A stretch of DNA of 64,000 bases from positions 108 through 64,107 of the forward strand of contig VGGL01000005.1 of assembly GCA_016868575.1 (NCBI GenBank), in the 5' to 3' direction. Below the pieces are notes generated by a model. That model was not told the origin of the DNA. It saw only the letters and a program-made list of their open reading frames with translations, and did no database searches. Position numbers and translations under genes: made by a program. Below are positions 59,028 to 64,000 of the stretch, piece after piece. The first letter of the stretch is position 1. Each line of letters opens with the position of its first letter. The stretch is from Bacteroidota bacterium (GTDB lineage Bacteria; Bacteroidota; Bacteroidia; Bacteroidales; FEN-979).

Positions 59028-59948
59028 ATGAAGATACGATACAACATCACGGAATTGAGGTGGATTAAAAAAGCGCTGGTCTATTCCCGGAGGATCGTCA
59101 TTCCCGGTTTTGATGGCATGCCCTTGTACGATGTGATGGTCTTTTTTATCAAGGGTTTATACGAAGGCTCCCTCTCTATCAGGGCTTCCGCCGTATCATT
59201 CAATTTCTTCATCGCCATCTTCCCAACTATCATCTTTCTGTTTACCATCATCCCGATTCTGCCCATTGCGAATCTTCAGACGGAGTTGTTGTCGTTCATT
59301 GAAGACATGATTCCCCAAACAACATACCAGACCGTGAGAGATACCCTTGAAGATATCATCATCCGGCCGCATACCGGACTGCTCTCTATCGGTTTTATTC
59401 TTTCGGTGTACTATTCAACAAGCGGTGTTCACAGTTTGATAGATGCCTTCAACAACACCTATCATGAAATGGAAACACGTTCCTGGTTCAAGGTACGGCT
59501 CATCTCCCTGGTCACCCTCTTGTCCCTTTTCCTGTTCATAGTCATTGCCATCGGAATGATCCCATTTGGCACCAGGCTCATCGCCTACCTTTTTCCCGAA
59601 TCATTCCTGAATAGCTCATTCTTCATCACCCTGCTCATCATTTTTAAATGGATCATCATTGTTGCTTCCCTCTTTTTTGCCATCTCCCTCTTGTATTACC
59701 TGGCCCCTGCGAAAAGGAGAGATTTCCGGTTCATCTCTGCCGGGTCAAGCTTGGCAACACTGTTGCTGATCATGACAACCCTTGGATTTAACTACTACAT
59801 CGATAATTTCTCCAAATACAATATTCTCTATGGATCGATAGGTACAGTGCTGATCCTGATGCTGTGGATCTACTTCAATTCGTTTAGTCTGATCATCGGG
59901 TATGAGCTCAATGCCAGTATCCTGCAGGCAAAACGTAAAAGACGGTGA
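59028..59948 (+). CDS. YihY/BrkB-family inner-membrane protein
   Basis: LSIRASAVSFNFFIAIFPTIIFLF, six hydrophobic spans, typical ~300-aa length. Confidence 0.7.
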   Translation: MKIRYNITELRWIKKALVYSRRIVIPGFDGMPLYDVMVFFIKGLYEGSLSIRASAVSFNFFIAIFPTIIFLFTIIPILPIANLQTELLSFIEDMIPQTTYQTVRDTLEDIIIRPHTGLLSIGFILSVYYSTSGVHSLIDAFNNTYHEMETRSWFKVRLISLVTLLSLFLFIVIAIGMIPFGTRLIAYLFPESFLNSSFFITLLIIFKWIIIVASLFFAISLLYYLAPAKRRDFRFISAGSSLATLLLIMTTLGFNYYIDNFSKYNILYGSIGTVLILMLWIYFNSFSLIIGYELNASILQAKRKRR

Positions 59949-59955
59949 GAACAAC

Positions 59956-60648
59956 TTACCGGATACCTCTGATTTCCATTGACCTTATTACGATCTCGAC
60001 CATTTTGGGAACAGGTATCGTCATGGCATTGAGCGAGATGTCAAAGCAGGCATCATCCCCTTTTCCTTTTGAAAAATAGGTGCGCACTTGCGACCTAAGC
60101 TTGTCATTATCCTGAATGTGCCTGATGGCATCCTGTTTCGACAGATTGTATCGTTGCATCACTTGTTGAATCCGCCATTCCATCGGGGCATGCAGCCGGA
60201 GATGCAAAGCCTGCGGATGATCTTTCAGAATGACACTGCCTGCTCTCCCTATAATGATGTTGTACCCGCTGCTGCCTAAAAAAGTAATCACTTTGCCAAC
60301 TTCATTCTTGATGATGGCATCGGAATGATGGTATTTTTCAGATAAGGAGGAGATGATCTCATCCACAATATTGCGGTCAGCCACAGATATCACTTGTCTG
60401 ACCCTTGCATACTCGATTCCAAGTTTAGATGCGGCTGACTGCAATATTTCCTTGCTTTGGATTTTCCAGAAATGATCCTGCTTTCGATTATCCGGAGCCT
60501 GATTCAACCTTTCACATAAAGCAGAAGCAACGATTTTAGCCCCGCACCCACATTCCCTTGACAGGGTGATCACAGGGCCTATAACTTGCTTATAATCTGA
60601 CTCTTCATCCAGTGAGATGGCTAGATATTGATGGAGAAAGTTGTCCAT
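59956..60648 (-). CDS. Cytidylate-kinase-like family protein (P-loop-like, AAA_33/Cytidylate_kin2 type)
   Basis: ITLSRECGCGAKIVASALCERL resembles the ITISREYGSGG N-terminus of that family. Assigned from memory, not from a search. Confidence 0.5.
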   Translation of the reverse strand: MDNFLHQYLAISLDEESDYKQVIGPVITLSRECGCGAKIVASALCERLNQAPDNRKQDHFWKIQSKEILQSAASKLGIEYARVRQVISVADRNIVDEIISSLSEKYHHSDAIIKNEVGKVITFLGSSGYNIIIGRAGSVILKDHPQALHLRLHAPMEWRIQQVMQRYNLSKQDAIRHIQDNDKLRSQVRTYFSKGKGDDACFDISLNAMTIPVPKMVEIVIRSMEIRGIR

Positions 60649-60716
60649 TACGTAACAAAATGATCACGTAAAATTACAAAATAAAAGCAGCGAAGTCAAG
60701 TAAAATCGTTAGCCGG

Positions 60717-61541
60717 TCAAGGTATTTCAAAACCAAACTGGGAAGAAAGCTCAGAAGCAGTGTAAAAATGAATAGAGACCTTCTTCATATACACATTATC
60801 ATAAGGCCTGTGATTCAAGTTATTGACAGGCACCTGCGAGATGGCTTCCACCGCATCCATGCCATTCACAACGATCCCGAAAACAGTGTATCTCATATCC
60901 AGATTAGGCAATCCGGCTTCCACATCGACGATATAGAACTGGGAGCCATTGGACTCTTTGTTGGGATTGATGACATTATCGTCCACACGGGCAGCGCCGA
61001 CAGATCCATAATCATGCTTGATGTAAGATCGAAATTCTGCCGGAATGGTATATCCGGGTCCACCATAACCGGTTCCCAAAGAATCTCCTCCCTGAATGAC
61101 AAATTCATCCATCACCCGGTGAAAGATGAGGCTGTCATAATAATGTCTTTCCGTCAGGCGGATGAAATTGTTCCGGTGAAGGGGCGTGGCGGGATAGAGC
61201 CAGATAAGGATGTTACCAAAACCGGTCTCCATGAATGCCAATTTGTACTTCAGGGTTATCTTGATCGTATCCGATGCGGTCTCGCCATTTTTCGTCACCT
61301 GCACCCAGAATGTGCCCGCCGTATCGATCACGATTGAACTGGTAGTTGATCCATTAGACCAGAGATAGATTGCACCCGCAGATTCAGCGCTGACAATGAT
61401 GCTGTCTCCTTCTTTGATAATGGTATCATTACCGATGGAGATGGTAAACCTGGGAGGTTCAGGGTCATCCTTTTTTTTACAGGAAATGATGGTTGAGGCA
61501 GCTGTCAGTAAAACAATGGCTGCAAAGGTGAACTTTTTCAT
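60717..61541 (-). CDS. Cyclophilin-type peptidyl-prolyl isomerase lipoprotein with an N-terminal extra domain
   Basis: Lipobox TIISCKKKD. Cyclophilin core FHRVMDEFVIQGGD...GSQFYIV. The start was moved to MKKF at 61541. Confidence 0.85.
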   Translation of the reverse strand: MKKFTFAAIVLLTAASTIISCKKKDDPEPPRFTISIGNDTIIKEGDSIIVSAESAGAIYLWSNGSTTSSIVIDTAGTFWVQVTKNGETASDTIKITLKYKLAFMETGFGNILIWLYPATPLHRNNFIRLTERHYYDSLIFHRVMDEFVIQGGDSLGTGYGGPGYTIPAEFRSYIKHDYGSVGAARVDDNVINPNKESNGSQFYIVDVEAGLPNLDMRYTVFGIVVNGMDAVEAISQVPVNNLNHRPYDNVYMKKVSIHFYTASELSSQFGFEIP

Positions 61542-61565
61542 GGATGAAACATTGGTTTGACCCTG

Positions 61566-61573
61566 CAAACATA
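61566..61573 (-). promoter_or_regulatory. -7 box (TAnnTTTG on the minus strand) upstream of the PPIase gene
   Basis: Plus-strand caaacata equals TATGTTTG on the minus strand, 25 nt upstream of the ATG at 61541. It overlaps the ORF-track start at 61568, which argues against that start. Confidence 0.4.
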
Positions 61574-61626
61574 TTCAATTTCATCTCATTATTTTACATG
61601 GGTATTGACTTTTTTAAAAAATGATT

Positions 61627-61634
61627 TATTTTTG
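61627..61634 (+). promoter_or_regulatory. -7 box (TAnnTTTG) with an upstream TTG, ahead of the tail-fibre-like gene
   Basis: TATTTTTG at 61627 and TTG at 61605 (22-nt spacing). The ATG is at 61680. Confidence 0.45.
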
Positions 61635-61679
61635 CTAAAGAAATGGTAAATGCATTTTCAAGAAAAATTCCACAAAATC

Positions 61680-64000
61680 ATGTCAGGTATGAAAAATTTT
61701 ACAAATTTCCGGAAGCTGGCCATTGTGGCTACTATCCTTCTTGCATCAACAATGATGATGGCTCAAACAGTTCCACAACAGATCTCCTTCCAGGGAAAGC
61801 TGATGGAGAGCGGTACACCTGTTACCGGATTAAGAAATTTCATTTTTGCCTTTGTAGGGACCACCTGGTCTGAATCACATCTTAATGTCCCGATAAACAA
61901 TGGGATTTATACAGTGATGCTTGGGAAATTCATTCCAATCCCGGTTAGTGTTTTTAACAACTATTCTTCCATGAACCTTCGGATAACGGTAGATGGTACC
62001 ACGTTGACACCCGATGTTGCAATCACCTCCTCAGGATATGCCATCAAGTCGGATAAATCCGATGATACAAAAAAAATTGCAGGGTATGAGGTGGGTTCTG
62101 TTGTTCCATCTTCTCAGCAGATCCTGAAGTTTGACGGAATCAGATGGGTGCCAGCTAATCTTCAGTGGACCACAACCGGGTCAGATATTTACTATAATAC
62201 AGGGAATGTTGGCATCGGTACAAATGTTCCTACAACCCAGTTGCATACCACTGGAAGTGTCAGGTTTGCAGGGCTGACCGGAACAGGTACCGTGGTTGCA
62301 ATTGACGGTACTGGAAATCTCTCTAAAACGTCAATTACAGGTATGCCTTCAGGAACCTTCGGTCAAACCCTCTACCATAACGGTTCTGCCTGGGCAGCAA
62401 CCAGCACCCTTTTTAACAGCGGTCCCAGTATTGGAATCGGGACCACTACCCCCCAGGATCAGCTTGAATTGACATACAATTTTAGGATTCCTGTATCTAC
62501 CAACCTCAATACAGGTGTCATCATGAAAGGATCCAACAGATTCATTCATGACTACAAACCACCATCCAACACCGGATTAAACACATTTGTTGGAATCCAG
62601 GCAGGTAATTTTGTTATGTCAGGTATCGAAGTATATGAATCCAGCAGGAATACAGGCATTGGATATACTGCCCTTACCTCCCTGGGAAGCGGGTACAACA
62701 ATACAGCTGTGGGATTTGAAGCGTTAAAAGCCAATACTTCCGGCTATGCCAATACATCCTTTGGAGCCTATGCGCTTGATAACAATACAACCGGGGTAAG
62801 GAACACCGCTGTTGGACATAGTGCCCTGGAATACAATCTGAACGGAGTTGATAACGTGGCAGTCGGAGAATCAGCACTCTTGAGAAATGAAAGCGGCGTG
62901 AGTAATACAGTCTGTGGAAGATATGCGGCTTTATATACCAAAACAGGATCCGGTAACAGTGTTTTTGGGAGCCAGGCAGGACAGGGACAATTGAACCAGT
63001 CCTACTCCAACAATTCCCTTTTTGGTGAAGGAGCAGGAATTAATCTTACATTAGGTTCAGTGAATACGCTTATCGGAAAAGGTTCAGGATCCAGCCTGAC
63101 CACTGGAAACAACAATATTACATTGGGTTATAATGCTGGCCGGTTTTTGACTTCCGGTTCAAATAATATCATTATCGGTATTGATCTGGCGGCACCTTTA
63201 GCTACAGGAAATTATCAGCTGGTCATCGGCGCCCAGGATCTTCTTTTCGGGGATATTCAGAATAAAAAGATCGGGGTAGGAACCACGACTCCATCAACCC
63301 AGTTTCATACTACAGGTGGGGTTCGATTCGAAGGTTTGAGTGGCAGTGGATCAGTGGTTGCCATTGATGGATCAGGTAATTTGTCAAAAACTTCACTGAC
63401 TGGTTTGCCGGGTGGAACTATTGGTCAGACCCTTTTTCACGATGGATCCAGCTGGAGTGCTAACAGCACCTTAGTAATCATGGGATCAAATGTGGGTATT
63501 GGAATTACAAACCCTGCAACACGCCAGTTGGAACTCAGTAGATCCATTAAGCTTCAGGCGACTACGAGCAGTGATATTGGCGTTATTTATCTGGGTACGG
63601 ATCGGTTTATTCACGGTTACAACGCGCCTGGCACAACTGGTGGAAATGTCTTCATCGGGCAGTCAAGTGGAAATTTCTCATTTACTGGAGCTGTATCTGG
63701 TCAGGGTAGCGCAAATACAGGAATTGGAAAATCAACTTTAAAAGATTTAACTACTGGGTTTGATAATACAGCAGTCGGTTCTTATTCTCTGATGAACACA
63801 ACTGTGGGGAATGAAAATACGGGTTGTGGATACGGCGCATTAATGAGCAATCAATCCGGGTCCTCCAACAGTGCCTTTGGAGATAAAACCTTAATAAACA
63901 ACAATATTGGTTTTGGCAACGTTGCAATGGGAACTTCCGCATTGTATTCCAATACCGGTGGAACTTACAATACAGCTATTGGGGTGCAGGCAGGTTTCTA
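61680..64000 (+). CDS. Large secreted repeat protein, tail-fibre-like / YadA-head-like Gly-Asn-Thr-Ala repeats (3' end beyond the window)
   Basis: Hand translation shows no stop from 61680 to the window end (773 codons). The product begins MSGMKNFTNFRKLAIVATILLASTMMMAQTVPQQISFQGKLMESGTPVTG... Repeats are of the type NTAVGFEALKANTSGYANTSFGAYALDNNTTGVRNTAVGHSAL. It is absent from the ORF track because no stop is reached. Confidence 0.75.
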   Translation, partial: MSGMKNFTNFRKLAIVATILLASTMMMAQTVPQQISFQGKLMESGTPVTGLRNFIFAFVGTTWSESHLNVPINNGIYTVMLGKFIPIPVSVFNNYSSMNLRITVDGTTLTPDVAITSSGYAIKSDKSDDTKKIAGYEVGSVVPSSQQILKFDGIRWVPANLQWTTTGSDIYYNTGNVGIGTNVPTTQLHTTGSVRFAGLTGTGTVVAIDGTGNLSKTSITGMPSGTFGQTLYHNGSAWAATSTLFNSGPSIGIGTTTPQDQLELTYNFRIPVSTNLNTGVIMKGSNRFIHDYKPPSNTGLNTFVGIQAGNFVMSGIEVYESSRNTGIGYTALTSLGSGYNNTAVGFEALKANTSGYANTSFGAYALDNNTTGVRNTAVGHSALEYNLNGVDNVAVGESALLRNESGVSNTVCGRYAALYTKTGSGNSVFGSQAGQGQLNQSYSNNSLFGEGAGINLTLGSVNTLIGKGSGSSLTTGNNNITLGYNAGRFLTSGSNNIIIGIDLAAPLATGNYQLVIGAQDLLFGDIQNKKIGVGTTTPSTQFHTTGGVRFEGLSGSGSVVAIDGSGNLSKTSLTGLPGGTIGQTLFHDGSSWSANSTLVIMGSNVGIGITNPATRQLELSRSIKLQATTSSDIGVIYLGTDRFIHGYNAPGTTGGNVFIGQSSGNFSFTGAVSGQGSANTGIGKSTLKDLTTGFDNTAVGSYSLMNTTVGNENTGCGYGALMSNQSGSSNSAFGDKTLINNNIGFGNVAMGTSALYSNTGGTYNTAIGVQAGF

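Noticed and set aside
61643-61873. The 76-aa ORF from the track at the start of the last gene region.
   Set aside because: A different frame starting at 61680 stays open to the window end with a signal peptide and coherent repeats. The 76-aa ORF is an out-of-frame overlap.

Overview
This is a 64-kb window from a Bacteroidota-type chromosome. Three things support that assignment: rpsL-rpsG-fusA runs straight into rpsJ with no tuf gene, the -7 promoter box TAnnTTTG recurs in intergenic DNA, and many products start with lipoprotein-type signals (signal peptide ending in Cys). The core (25.8-45.2 kb, minus strand) is one uninterrupted str/S10/spc/alpha ribosomal-protein supercluster of 33 genes, including fusA, secY, map, infA and rpoA, with eno only 3 nt downstream of rplQ. 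The left third is accessory-looking. It holds a 1725-aa mosaic surface protein (BNR propeller, PKD, CUB, GEVED, BACON and dockerin-like modules) plus the tail of a tandem paralog, and an M48 peptidase. Two divergent AAA+/DUF4143 ATPases bracket a five-gene heterodisulfide-reductase-like (Hdr-like) Fe-S/flavin operon whose last gene carries a membrane anchor, a HEPN/nucleotidyltransferase pair, two gene remnants (TolC-like and LytTR regulator) and a SAM methyltransferase. The right third holds uvrD, uvrA, an aldehyde dehydrogenase, a saccharopine-dehydrogenase-like gene, a membrane TPR protein, a 1274-aa beta-helix repeat protein and an open-ended tail-fibre-like repeat protein. The most interesting candidate is the membrane-anchored Hdr-like operon at 7.8-12.8 kb. 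Other oddities are heptamer, octamer and 14-mer tandem arrays sitting exactly on gene boundaries, a GC-rich palindromic element present both between genes and in frame inside uvrD, an in-frame TAA splitting a MORN lipoprotein gene, and Lys/Ala-rich tails on L22 and L17. I recognised no rRNA, tRNA, CRISPR array, transposase or integrase. All calls come from reading the translations and sequence by eye; no database search was run.
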